Shown one piece after another: positions 35,188-48,382 of a stretch of 64,000 nt of DNA. The DNA is from Squalus acanthias (Eukaryota). Below the pieces are notes generated by a model that was not told the origin of the DNA, searched no databases, and worked only from the letters and a program-made list of their open reading frames with translations. The position numbers and the translations under genes were made by a program. Each line of letters begins with the position of its first letter. Positions within the stretch are counted from its first letter, which is position 1. The stretch spans positions 27,406,001 to 27,470,000 of the forward strand of contig CM059432.1 of NCBI GenBank assembly GCA_030390025.1, read 5' to 3'.

Positions 35188-36647
35188 TATAAGAACATAA
35201 GAAATAGGAGCAGGAGTAGGCCATTTGGCCCCTCGAGCCTGCTCCACCATTTAATGAGATCATGGCTGATCTGATCTTGGGCTCAGCTCCATTTCCCTGC
35301 CCGCTCCCCATAACCCATCACTCCCTTATTGTTCAAAACTCTGTCTATCTCCACCTTAAATATATTCAATGACTCAGCCTCCACAGCTCTCTGGGGCAGA
35401 GAATTCCACAGATTTACTACCCTCTGAGAGAAGAAATTCCTCCTCATCTCAGTTTTAAATGGGCGACCCCTTATTCTGAAACTATGCCCCCTAGTTCTAG
35501 ATTCCCCCATGAGGAGAAACATCTTCTCTGCACCTACCTTGTCGAGCCCCCTCAGTATCTTATATGTTTCAATAAGATCGCCTCTCATTCTTCTAAACTC
35601 CAATGAGCATAGGCCCAACCTGCTCAACCTTTCTTCATAAGTCAACCCCTTCATTTCAGGAATCAACCTCGTGAACCTTCTCTGAACTGCCTCCAATGCA
35701 AGTATATCCCTCCTTAAATAAGGAGACCAAAACTGTACGCAGTACTCAAGGTGTGGTCTCACCAATACCCTGTACAGTTTTAGCAGGACTTCCCTGCTTT
35801 TATACTCCAGCCCCCTTCCAGTAAAGGCTAACATTCCATTTGCCTTCCTGATTACTTGCTGTACCTGCATGCTAACTTTTTGTGTTTCATGCACAAGGAC
35901 CCCCAGGTCCGTCTATACTGCAGCATTTTGTAATCTCTCTCCATTTAAATAATAATTTGCTTTTTTATTTTTCTTACCAAAGTGGATAACCTCACACTTT
36001 CCCAAATTATACTCCATCTGCCAAATGTTTGCCCACTCACTTAGCCTGTCTATATCCCTTTGCAGATTCTTTGTGTTCTCTTCGCAACTTGCTTTCCCAC
36101 CTATCTTTGTATCATCAGCAAATTTGGCTCTCAAATACACTCGGTCCCTTCATCCAAGTCATTAATGTAGATTGTAAATAGTTGAGGCCCCAGCACTGAT
36201 CTCTGTGGCACCCCACTAGTTACCGTTTGCCAACCGGAAAATTACCCACTTATCCCGACTCTCTGTTTTCTGTTAGTTAGCCAATCCTCTATCCATGCTA
36301 ATATATTACCCCCAACCCCATGAGCTCTTATCTTGTGCAGTAACCTTTTATGTGGCACCTTATCGAATGCCTCCTGGAAATCCAAATACACCACATCCAC
36401 TGGTTCCCCTTTATCCATCCTGCTCGTTACATCCTCAAAGAACTTTGGCAAATTTGTCAAACATGATTTCCCTTTCATAAAACCATGCTGACTCTGCTTG
36501 ACTGTATTATGATTTTCTAAATGTCCTGCTACTTCTTCCTTAATAATGGACTCCAGCATTTTCCCAATGACAGATGTTAGGCTAACTGGTTTATAGTTTC
36601 CTGCTTTCTGTCTCCCTCCCTTCTTAAATAGGGGCGTTGCATTTGCA
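35188..36647 (-). mobile_element. 5'-truncated CR1 LINE
   Basis: RT ORF fragments and (cttatgtt)n tail. Confidence 0.95.
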
Positions 36648-37571
36648 AACACATCTTGTATCCTCTATCAATAGAACATGGGATTGCTAACTAATTTCCC
36701 ACTGAATATCGAACTGTAGTAACCCAAATGGAAACTGACTCAATATCAGACCGACAAACAAAAATCTATCCAGTTCTGAAACCCCTGCATTAGATCTTGC
36801 AATAACTCTTGGTACAGAGTTTATTAACCATTTGACTGACATCTTCAGTCACCCACTTTTAATCCTTTCTTTGGATGACCATCTGGATTATAGAAATCAT
36901 TTTTTTGAAGGCGGAAGCAAGAAATATTCGATTCAGAAGTTGAAATGTTTAAACTAAAAGCTATGCACATTGACTGGCGGCAGTGAATGCATAAACACAT
37001 GAATGCTGACATTTTCAGAAATACAACAACATTTGCTTGTCATTGTGACATCTCTTTAATCCACTGAAACTTGTGCTACGACAACTCATTACTATTGATA
37101 AATTAATATATATCTCCCTTTCAGATCACTTATCAAAGATCTATTTGATACAAGAGCACTGAAGACTGAAAATATTTTTTTAATTGAGACATCTACTAAG
37201 CTGTAACCTCACAAGAAGCAAGATGTCTAAACATGCACTAAAGAAGGCCTAACAAATGAAAGTAATTTAGCATATCCATTTATAATTCCAAGTGGAAGGG
37301 GTTCTGCACTCTTTGACTCTACAAATTTATTGTAGCAATGATCTCTGCTACCTTAACACGATTCCCAGCATCAGAATTATTAGTCCTATTTACCATCCAT
37401 GTTATTCTAAAATGTTTTAGGTGTTATAATCACCCTCCAGTAACCTTTTTTTTGTCCTTTACAACTTAAATCACTTATCACAACATCCAAGCAACAGCAC
37501 TCCTTGAGGTACCAGCTGCAAATATCAGCTAGGACAAGGAAGGAAGGGAGAATATCCCAAGTAATGCTAAT

Positions 37572-38333
37572 GGGCCAGAAATTCGGCTTTCCGGCTTCCT
37601 GCGGATGCAAGCATCGCGCGCGTACTTTCCCACCGCGCCTGCCGTTGTGCTTTGGGCCCACGAGGACTTCTGGTCCTGGGCCTCCTCCAGCTGCCGGTGT
37701 GCAGTGCTCACGTATCCCAGGAGCGCAGTTAGTTCGAAGCGTCCCCTGGGATCACGTGGCCCATGGAGAGCCAATCCTAACAGGGCATTTTCATTCATAG
37801 ATTTGACAGGAAGACCTGTCAAATCTATGAATAGAGATCAGCCCCAAAACCACACGTAAACTTCAAATAATTTTTTTTTTAATCACATTTTTAAAATAAG
37901 TATAAGTTACATAAATTAACTACTTTAAACAAAAATTTAAATTTTTGAAAAAATTAATTATACTTTTTAACGGTGCTAAAAATAAACTTACCTTTCTTTA
38001 AAGTATCTAAAAAAGATAAACCTGTTGAAAAAATGTTTAAATTGTAATTAATTCACCACTTACCTTGTTAAAAACAGGCCTTGCGCCTCCTTTTTAAAAG
38101 TGCAGCTTCTCCATACTTACCTTCCCGGAGAAACCTGAAAAAAAAACAGAAGTTCGCTGCGTGCGCGCAGCCTCTCCCGCGCACGCGTTCGACCTCTGAA
38201 CCCCTCCCTTCAGGGGAACGGAAGTTCCGGTTTCCCGCGCATGCGCAGTGCATGCAGGAAACCGGCACTTCAGGTGGCCTTACGGGTGAGTACACAGCGC
38301 GTACTCACCCGACAAGAGCCGAATTTCTGGCCC
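37572..38333. mobile_element. Harbinger-like MITE, family A
   Basis: TIR GGGCCAGAAATTCGGC, AAT TSD (37569-37571, 38334-38336). Confidence 0.9.
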
Positions 38334-41300
38334 AATATTATATATCTAAATGTGTTCACTTGATCCTTTCTTTGATTGTTAGAAAGAAAAGATACAAAAA
38401 ACCAAAAGGAAACTAAACAGTGAAAAATGGAGGGGGTGAGGAAAGAGATAATAAAGCATGAAAAAGGAAGGATATAAGGTGATATCACCCCGTGGTTAAA
38501 TGGGTAAGTGCTGCACCACACAACAGAAGGTCCCAGATCTGGCTTGAGGTAAGGAGGCTACCATTGGATTCAGCACCTCTGGGATAGGAATGAAAAAAGA
38601 AACAATCAGGATTCCTGCTCCCGAAGACTATCCAGGAACACTTGTTGGATGTTCAAACCCATTAACATATGTACAGTATTGGGTTTGACAATGATGTCCA
38701 CCACAGCCTATCAACGTTCATCATCTAGGCTTACAAAGGAAAAATGGCCACTGGGACAAGGTACCAGAGAGCTATTAGCAGCTATTAAACTATATCCCAG
38801 GAAGGAGTCAGCACCTTCAAGAGAAAGAGGGTCAAGGATAAACCTAGAAGGGGGTGGAGCGGAATCATTTATGTTGGCTCAGTACTTTGGTGCACCAATG
38901 TGCTGTATTAGAGTGGTAGGGCATGAATTCTCACTCATTTCCACTTAATTTGTGTACTTGGTACCATTGAATTCTGCTCATTGCTTGTCCTCTAATTCTC
39001 TATCAGGAGCCCAGGGCAAGGCATAGAGGTAGGCAACAGTAGTTCACAAACCACAAGCCCTTAAATTCACTCAGATGTGAAAACCTGAACTACCTCAGGG
39101 TGTTTGATAGCAGGAAGACCATTTTTTTTTAAAGATAAACTGCAGCTCCTATAGGATAATCATGGGAAACTGCATCTTGAAATCTGAAACACTTTTAAAA
39201 AATCACTATTACCTATAGTAATGGCTAGGGGTGAGGAAGAGTATCCAATCCATGTTGTATTACAAAACTGTAAATGTACTTCTGAATGGTTAAATGTAGC
39301 TTCACTGCCAGGCAGTTACACACCTGTACTGTGCATCCAGTAGCTGGCAACAGTAACCCAATGGGAGATTTAAGGTAACTATACAAGAATCCTGTGGGTA
39401 AAACGGCCAAAACACAATGTGGAAGGAGTGAGGGTGGCTCAATTCTAACCCTAATTTAAAAAAATAAATCTCCAAATCAAAATACCCAAGTCAGAGGATT
39501 TTAATCAATAATGTAAAATTGTTAATTATGGGATATATCTAAAGGTTAAAATTGTCTAATTACTTTTTTAAAAAATCTCGATCTCCTGTACGGAAATATC
39601 CGGGTAGAGCCAGACCCGAGCTGGAGCAAATCATTGGGCGCCACGTGTTAATAAATAAAAGCTCCACCAGTGCACAAGGAAAGAAAGAAAATTGGGTGCA
39701 ATCAACCTCAAAGATCAATTCACCGAACTGGAGATACAAGTTATTGCATAACACATTGCAATGGCACTTTCCTGGGCATTAACATTAGTTATAAAAAGAA
39801 CACGTGTGTACATTTTCTTAAGTGCTCACATATACTGGAGACCTGCTCCATATCTGACATGGGCAATATATTCTGTTGTAAGGCCATAAATTAAAGATTA
39901 AAGGCAATCCTGAAAGGTGCATTCTTCAGCTCGAAAGAACATAACATAAGAACATAAGAAATAGGAGCAGGAGTAGGCCATTTGGCCCCTCGAGCCTGCT
40001 CTACCATTCAATAAGATCATGGTTGATCTTCTACCTCATCTCCACTTTCCTGAACTATCCCCATATCCCTTGATTCCCTTAATATTCAAAAATCTATCGA
40101 TCTCTGTTTTGAATATACTCAACGACTGAGCATCCACAACTTTCTGGAGTAGAGAATTCCAAAGATTCACCACACTCTGAGTGAAGAAATTTCTCCTCAT
40201 CTCAGTCCTAAATGGCCGACCCCTTATTCTGAGACTGTGACCCCTGGTTCTAGACTCCCCAGCCAGGGGAAACATCCTACCTGCATCTACCCTGTCAAGC
40301 CCTGTAAGAATTTTGTATGTTTCAATGAGATCACCTCTCATTCTTCTAAACTCTAGAGAATATAGGCCTAATCTACACAAGCTCTCCTCATAGGACAACC
40401 CCCCCATCCCAGGAACCAGTCTGGTGAACCTTCATTGCACTCCCTCTATGGCAAGTATATCCTTCCTTAGGTAAGGAGTCTAAAACTGTACACAATACTC
40501 CAGGTGTGGTCTCACCAGGGCCCTATATAATTGCAGTAAGACGTCTTTACTCTTATACTCAAATCCTCTCGTAATAAAGGCCAACATACCATTTGTTTTC
40601 CTAATTGCTTACTATACCTGCTTGTTAACCTTCAGTGATTCGTGTACAAGGAGTCCCAGGTCCCTCTGAACACCAACATTTCCCAATCTCTCATCAATTA
40701 AAAAATACTCTGCTTTTCTATTTTTCCTACCAAAGTGGATAACTTCACATTTCTCCACATTATATTCCATTTGCCATGTTCTTGCCCACTCACTTAGCCT
40801 GTCTATATCCCCTTTGAAGCCTCCTTGCATCCTCCTCACAACTTACATTCCCACCCAGCTTTGTATCATCAGCAAACTTGGATATATTACATTTGGTCCC
40901 CTCATCCAAATCATTGATGTAGATTGTGACTAGCTGAGGCCCAAGCACTGATCCTTGCGGTACCCCACTAGTTACAGCCTGCCAACACGAAAATGACCCG
41001 TTTATTCCTACTCTCTCTTTTCTGTCTGTTAACCAATCCTCAATCCATGCTAGTATATTACACCCAATGCCTTGAGCCCTAATTTTGTTTAATAACCTCT
41101 TGTGTGGCACCTTATCGAATACCTTCTGAAAATCCAAATACACCACATCCACTGGTTCCCCCTTATCTATTCTGCTAGTTACAACCTAAAAAAACTCTAA
41201 GAAATTCGTCAAACATGATTTCCTTTTCGTAAGTCCGTGTTGACTCTGCCCAATCTTATTATTGTTTTCTAAGTGCCCTGTTACTACATCCTTAATAATA

Positions 41301-41573
41301 GATTCTAGCATTTTCCCTACTATTGATGTCAGGCTAACTGGTCTGTAGTTCCCCATTTTCTCACTCCCGCCTTTCTTAAATAATGGGATTACATTTACTA
41401 CCTTCCAATCCACGGGAACCATTCTAGAATCTATGGAATTTTGGAAAATGACAACCAATAAATCTAATATCTCTATAGCCAACTCTTTCAAAACCCTAGG
41501 ATGTAGGCCTTTAGGGCCAGGGGATTTATCGGCTTTCAGTCCCATTAATTTCTCCAGTACTACTTTTTTACTA

Positions 41574-41989
41574 CAGGAAACTCTTTGGTATCCGGCACCG
41601 ACGGGACCGGAATGGGGCCGGTTGATTAATAACCGGATGATGGAGAAGGTTATCTACCGAGGCTATTTTTAACAAACAAAAATAAAAAAATCAAGAAATG
41701 TGCAGTATAATTGGGTACTCACCTACAGAATGTTGTGTTAAAGAGACTACCAGCAGCGTGGGAGAGTCAGACTCCTGTTATTGAGGTGTTCGGACTTCCG
41801 ACAGCGCTAAGAAGCCGAGTAGTGGCAGTTTGGAGAACTACCCCCACTGACTAACTCGGCCACCGCAGGAGACTCGGACTCGGACTCAGCAACATTTCCG
41901 GTTATTGAGGTGTTGTTTTCGGAGTATGAATTTTGCCGGTTAATAGAGAATTCCGGATATTTAGGTGCCGTTTAAACGAGAGTTTCCTG
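41574..41989 (-). mobile_element. 416-bp non-autonomous deletion derivative of the Tigger at 32656-35080
   Basis: Same TIRs and TA TSD. Consists of roughly the first 245 bp joined to the last 175 bp of the autonomous element. Confidence 0.93.
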
Positions 41990-42064
41990 TAATACTAATA
42001 TCTTTCAGTTCTTCATTCTCGCTAGACCCTTGGTTGTCCACTATTTTGTGAAGACAGACAAAAA

Positions 42065-42923
42065 GGGCTGGATTTTACCAGCCCTGAGGAGGCGGGTTTG
42101 GAGGCAGGACTGCTGGGAAAATGGGAAAATTGGGAGCGGGTCCCAACCCCGCTCCCAACCCGCCTCCGAACCATCTTCCCGGGAGGCGGATCCCCGATTC
42201 GCGCAGGGACCCGTCTCCTAGTGGCAGGAAGGGGATTAGAGCCAATTAACTGCCTGTTAACAGGTAGTTAACAGGCAGTTAACAGGCTTTTCACCATTTT
42301 CCACCTGCTGATGCGAGCTTCCCGACGGCAGGAAACCCCGCCAGGGTCAGCGAGGCGAGCTGTGGGTCTGCTGCAGTGTAAGTGTGCAAATGACAGCTGC
42401 AGAGGTAGTGTGATAGGTGCAATGGTGCACAGGTAAGTATGACAGATGAGAGAATGTAGTGAGAAATATTTTTATCCTGTTTATATGTATCTGCAGGTGA
42501 CAAGGTTTCTGTGAAGCCTCATCTGATCGGGAGAATTGACAGATGGCTTCTGCAATCTCACATGCAGCTGCCATCTGATTTCTCCTAAGGAGAGAGTCAT
42601 TAGAGAGCCTGCGTGCAAGGGCTCACCTTTAGACAGTGATTGTCAGTGTTTGACAGCACCTCAATGCTGTCAAACACTGACAATTCATCTGTCAAAAAAT
42701 GATGGTGCCTGTCACTTTAACAAAACCGGCAGATGAAGCATCATGCACTGACGTCATCTGACACCGGCTTTCCCTTGATTGGCTGGCAAGCCTGCAGGGT
42801 GGGCTTAACAAGGCCAATCAAGGGAAAATAGCGTTTGTTCGTCAGACGTCGCTGGGTGCAGGACTAGAACCCAGAAACCAGTAGTCCCGCCCCCAACACG
42901 CCTCCTCAGGTAAGATCGCGGCC
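42065..42923. mobile_element. Harbinger-like MITE, family B
   Basis: Imperfect long TIRs GGGCTGGATTTTACC..CTGAGGAGGCG / CGCCTCCTCAGGTAAGATCGCGGCC, AAA TSD inside CR1, several internal hairpins. Confidence 0.8.
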
Positions 42924-44036
42924 AAAGTATTTGTTTAATTTCTCTGCCATTTCCTTATTCCCCATTATAATTTCTCCTGTCTCAGCCTGTAAGGGACCCA
43001 CATTTACTTTTGCTAATCTTTTCCTTTTTACATACCTATAGAAGCTTTTACAGTCTGTTTTTATATTTCTTGTTATTTTACTTTCATATTCTATTTTCCC
43101 TTTCTTTATCAATTTCTTGGTCCTCCTTTGCTGAATTCTAAAATCCTCTGAATCCTCAGGCTTACTACTCTTTTTGGCTACATTATAAACCTCTTCCTTT
43201 GATCTAATACGATCTTTAACTTCTCTTGTTATCCACGGTTGGACCACTTTTCCTGTGGGGTTTTTGTGCCTTAAAGGAATGTATATTTGTTGTAAATTAT
43301 GTATTAATTCTTTAAATGCTAGCCATGCTCATCCACTGTCATACCTTTTAATGTAGTTTCCCAATCTATCTTAGCCAACTCGCCCCTCATACTTATGTAG
43401 TTTGTTTTGTTTAGATTTAAGACCCTAGTTTCAGATTTAACTTTCGGAAGAAGCCCAAACTAGACTAGAATTGCAAACACACACACACACAGCTAATAAC
43501 AGCTCCTGGGTTTCCCTTGGTGTGCCACAATTGGAACCTTTTTGCAGGAGATACAAGGACCACTTTGCCCCAAATTCTGGTACTGTGCAGCATTTCTAAA
43601 AACTCTCTGCATCTTCTCCAGCTTCGCCTACACAAAAAATAGATATTACCAGCCTACTACCGTGGCATTGCCTATGGTGAGTCAGAGGTAACACTGAAGT
43701 CTGACTTCTGAAGTGTGATGGCCAAAGTCTGACACTCACAGAAAATGCATTCTTTTTACAAAATATTTTACCTGTGGATCTCCCATGGTATTGCACATGG
43801 TAGGTAAGTCTGAGGATATGGGGGTCGAATATCCATGGGGGAGTGCAAGAGATATGTAGCAATGGCAGGTAATTGGAGTTTTGATACAGACCAGACGTCA
43901 TCTAATTGAATGGCGGAACAGGATCAAGGGGCTTAATGGCCTGCTCCTTTTTCCTATGTTCCTATCCCAGCGTAAGTGCCAGGAGTGCACCTTCCCACAG
44001 CCTGCACCACTGATCCCATCAATGGTTGCAGGGTCA

Positions 44037-44388
44037 TAGAAACATAGAAACATAGAAACTTGGAGTAGGAGTAGGCCATTCGGCCCGTCGAGCCTGCTCC
44101 ACCATTCAATACGATCATGGCTGATCATCCAAATCCAGTCCCTGCCCCCTCACACAGAATCCCCATCGAGCCTGCACCGACACATATCCCACCCTATCCC
44201 CGTAACCCCACGTATTTAATTCCCCCTAACATATCCCATCCTATCCCTGTAACCCGACATATTTAATCCCCCCCTAACACTAAGGGTCAATTTATCATAG
44301 CCAAATCACCTAACCCGCACATTTTTGGACTGTGGGAGGAAACCGGAGCACCCGGAGGAAACCCACGCAGACACGGGGAGAATGTGCA
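44037..44388 (-). mobile_element. 5'-truncated HE1-like V-SINE, present in unit 1 only
   Basis: Minus strand: V-domain-like cacattctccccgtgtctgcgtgggtttcctccgggtgctccggtttcctcccacagtcc, CR1-derived 3' end, (tttctatg)n tail. Empty site gggtca|agggc at ~55617. Confidence 0.88.
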
Positions 44389-44619
44389 AGGGCAGTGTCC
44401 CAAGAGGAACAATCCTTTGGGAGTTTAGAGGCACATCTTTCGGCATGTCCACATGTAGAAGAGGCCTGAAAGCTATACACCCTGTCCCTGTTGACCTCCT
44501 GTATCGGGGCCACTTTAAATATTTTAAAAAATTGTGTCCCTGATCCCAGCCTGGATCCCCAAATGGGTCCCAATTCTGCCAAGTGTCAGCAAGATTTCAT
44601 TGAAGTCAAGCATAGCTGT

Positions 44620-45600
44620 GCCGAAACAATAACAGGTCCCCATTCCCATTAAACTGCTGACCACCCAACTTCTTTTCCTGGCTCCCTTGCTAGCTGACAT
44701 TGTAAGTGCTTCCCTCTCCTCAGTTACTGTCTCCTTCCCTTTCAAAACTGCCACCCCTCTTCAAAAAACATACCCATGGCCCTCTCCAATCTCCCTTTCC
44801 TTGCCAAAGCCCTTGAACATGCTGTTGCTTCCTAGATCCATGCCCATCTCTCCCATCCCATTGATGGGCTCACATGTGATCCTTTGCTTGCGAATGATGT
44901 GGTGAGGTGTAGCATGTAGACAATAAATAAAAAGAGAACAAGGATGGAGATTTTGGCAGGCCACAGGTGACCGCACGGGTCCAGGAGAAGAAACCCTTTG
45001 AGGAGATGTAGTGGCTATGTTGAGAAAGGAAGCGATGGAACCACGAGAAGGCGGTGCAATGAAGATGGAAGATAAATGATGGATGCTTTGACAGCTTCAA
45101 AGGACAGAGAGAAGGAATAGCAAGCCACAGTCACACAGGATGTTGTTGGTAACTTTGACTAGAGCATTCTTGGTGCTGTGGACAGGTGAAAAGCAGGACC
45201 AAAGATAGAATGCTATAAAAGGATTTGAGAGAGTCAGAAGGTCAAGGGTAGGCTTACTTGAATGGGAGGTGATGAGGACAGTTTTGAAAGGGCTGGAAAG
45301 TGTCAGAGGTTGGGAAAAGGTTAATAATATCAGAATGCATTGGTTGAGAAGAGGGAGTTGGATTGTCAAGAGATCTGGGGTGATCGAGGAGGCATTCAGT
45401 GGGCTCCATGGAGGAAATGAGTTTGATCGGTTCAAAGAGGAGCATAGTGAAGAAACTGCAGAGTGAGAGGAAACAGAATTGAGTTCAAAGGTGAAAGGGG
45501 GTGAGTAGGGGAAGGGGAGAGATGGGAACCATAGTCTTGGTTTTGGGGACAAAGGTGTCTGTGAGCTTATTGCATTTAATGTGAAAGCTGAGGATGGGAA
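44620..45600. mobile_element. Old L2-type RT fragments in both orientations (copy at ~55850-56830)
   Basis: Plus strand PIPIKLLTTQL..LADIVSASLSS; minus strand HSTKNALVKVTNNILCDC. Confidence 0.6.
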
Positions 45601-45606
45601 TTGCAA

Positions 45607-46070
45607 TAAAAACAGAAAATGCTGGAAATACTCAGCAGGTCAGGCAGCATCTGTGGAGAGAGAAACAGAGTTAACGTTTCAGGTCGATGACCCTTCGTCA
45701 GAACTGGAAAAAGCTGGAGATGTAACAGATTTTAAGCAAGTGTAGGGGCAGGGAAAGGGGGGAGGGGAGGAAAGAACAAAAGGGAAGGTCTGTGATAGGA
45801 TGGAAGGCAGGAGAGATTAAGAGATGGTGCAAGGCAAAAGGAGATGGTAATGAGACAAGTTAAGAAACAAAAGATGGCTCTGGAGAAGTGTAAATGGCAC
45901 TGGCAGAATGAAAGACAGCTGCCATGTGGGAGAGAGAAAAAAATATATAAAATGGAAGAAAAAAAAAGGATAGGGGCAGAGGTTATGGTCTGAAATTGTT
46001 GAATTCTATGTTGAGTCCAGAAGGCTGTAAAGTGCCTAATCGAAAGACGAGGTGCTGTTCCTCGAGCTTA
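45607..46070 (-). mobile_element. Penelope-like 3' fragment/pLTR (copy at 56836-57299)
   Basis: KLEEQHLVFRLGTLQPSGLNIEFNNFR* followed by a pLTR with a hammerhead. Confidence 0.85.
45669..45705 (-). ncRNA. Minimal type I hammerhead ribozyme motif
   Basis: AGTT-CTGACGA-A-GGGTC-ATC-GACCT-GAAA-CG-TT-AACT: intact cores, stem I AGTT/AACT, palindromic stem III ACGT. Confidence 0.75.
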
Positions 46071-46986
46071 CGTGGGGAATTGCAATAGTGGGAGGTCTAA
46101 AAAAAAAATGTCTTTATTCATTCATGGGATGTGGGCATCGTTGGCAAGGCCAGCATTTATTGCCCATCCCTTATCTGCCCTTAACTGAGTGGCTTGCTAG
46201 GCTATTTCAGAGGACTGTTAAGAGTCAACCACATTGCTGTGGGTCTGGAGTCACATCTAGGCCAGACCAGGTAAGGACAGCAGATTTTCTTCCCTAAAGG
46301 ACATTAGTGAACCAGATGGGTTTTTATGACAATCTGGTAGTTACATGATGGGTGGTGGCAGAGATGATGGGTTTAGGACCATTCAAATATGTTGGGATGA
46401 TTCTGGTGGATTTGACCATGAAGAGGCAGTAGAACACTGTTTAAGTTGATTGCCACTTGCATGCACATCAGACTTGAATCTGCAGAAGTGAGTTGTCTAC
46501 CAGAGCATTGATGAAGGTGAGAGATCATCTGGGATCTGGTAGAATGAGAGCTTGAAGGTGAATGCATTGGCATTGTGGAGTAGATCAACGTGGACTTTTT
46601 TGCAATGAGTGTAAGACGAGAGACGAGGGGCAAGAAATTCATTATAGCTCAGGAATGGGCGGTATCATTAGAAAAGTTGGAGAATTAGCGCCAGGTGCTA
46701 ATGCTTTAGACTGCACACAAAATTCATGTTCACTGCTCAAAGAAATGATTGGAGCGCTAATTCAAGTCTTTAAGCCCAAGTTCATTGGCGTTACATTCAA
46801 AGGGTAGACCAATATTGCTTGTAGTCTAATCGCAAGTCATCATTGTCACAGACTTTTTCCAGTTCTTAAAGGGGACGTTCATTCATGCTGCAGCACCTCA
46901 TTCTCAGCATTGCTGGCTGTGTAGCTGCCTCAGCAAGCAGCAGCAGGTCAAGGAGAAGGAACCAGAGGACTGAAGCAGCTGTACTC

Positions 46987-47229
46987 ATGGCAGATCCACG
47001 CCCCAGGGAGAGAGCCTGCAGATTCTGCGATCAAGCATTGGAGGAGTTGGTGTTCGCTGTGGAGAGACGGAGGGCGGTGCTCTACCCGGCAAGTGGCAGG
47101 AGGCCCTCACTGCAAGTCTTCTGCACCATGTGGAGGGAGGTAGCGCAGCACATCTCGGGCAGCACTGTAGTCCCCAGGACCCACACACAGTGCAGGAAGA
47201 AATTTAGCGACCTCACTCGGGTGGTCAGG
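46987..47229 (+). CDS. Myb/SANT-like DNA-binding protein (Harbinger ORF2/MSANTD-like), exon 1
   Basis: MADPRPRERACRFCDQALEELVFAVERRRAVLY...MWREVAQHIS..VVPRTHTQCRKKFSDL; donor AGG|gtgagt. Confidence 0.8.
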
Positions 47230-47454
47230 GTGAGTCAATCCTTCAACAAATGCTACATACCACCATCTGAACCATAGTCTTCACACACTGCCCAAAGCAC
47301 CACACCCCCAGCACTCACCCACCAACAATCTCTACCCACCAACACTCACACCCACATGTCACACCTTGCACACAATGACAGCTATTCAAATATGGCAGGC
47401 ACATCACCCAAACACATTGCTCCACAATCACTCTCACTTTCCTTTCTCTTGCAG

Positions 47455-47617
47455 GCCAAGGTGGCTCACAACAGGAGGGAGCAGGAGCGCACAGGCGGGG
47501 GACAAGCCAGCACCCAACCACTTTCTAAGCTGGAGAATAGAGTGCTGCAGATTATTGGGTGCCAGGTGGTGGGTGCTGTGGCCACCGGCGACGTTGACCC
47601 CCTTGGGGACAACAATG
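47455..47617 (+). CDS. Myb/SANT-like protein, exon 2
   Basis: Acceptor ctttctcttgcag, phase 0, AKVAHNRREQERTGGG..LSKLENRVLQIIG; donor G|gtatgt. No further exon recognised. Confidence 0.72.
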
Positions 47618-48382
47618 GTATGTTCATCCCTACTCCTTCTTCTCACATTCCACTTCCCCCTCACACCACAAGCCTTTCCCACTTTCCCAGTTCAAAGGTA
47701 GTCCATTGACTGCAAAGCACTTTGGGACATCCTGAGGATGTGAAAGGTGCTATATAAATGCAAGTTCTTTTTATATATGTCTCTACTCATAAATCGAGAC
47801 CTTCCCCTCCCCTCCCCAATCTCTCTTTTCCTTAAGATACTGGGGGTGAAATTGAACTTCGGCAAAGGCGCAAAATGTGCGGTAGCAAATTGGCCGCTCG
47901 ATATACATCCCGCCCAATATTCCTTTCCATTGAACGTCCACTTCATCACTTTGGTACTTCGCCCATGTGGCCATTCTTTTTGTGTGAACCTAGTTATTTG
48001 TTCATTAGGGGCATCACTACTGAGCTCTATTCCTGATTTCCATCCTATCAGCTGGGCCAGATTCTAAAAGATGCCACTGTACCTCCCAACCCCCATAGTC
48101 ATAACTTTTTATTGCATAGTCTGTTTATCAACTGCTCAAATTGGAATTTGTACTTTACTTGAACTTTTTAGTGCAGTTGTAATAAACAGGTTTATGTTTA
48201 TTACTATTATTGCTGTAAACCATGGAAAAACCCTTTATGTTACCGGTCATAAGCGAAAATGGAAAAATTAGTACCAAGGAATAAACTAGCGGAATAAGGC
48301 AGACTGTCCTTCCACTGCTGGGTTCTGAGCTCACATCCAGCCCAGGCTGATGGCATGAAAGTGTTGCTGTCTCTCCGTCAGC

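Larger units (their letters stand above)
39935..43442 (-). mobile_element. 5'-truncated CR1 LINE interrupted by two DNA-transposon MITEs
   Basis: RT fragments at 40036-41545 and linker ORF 42906-43247; tail at ~39935-39960. Confidence 0.93.
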
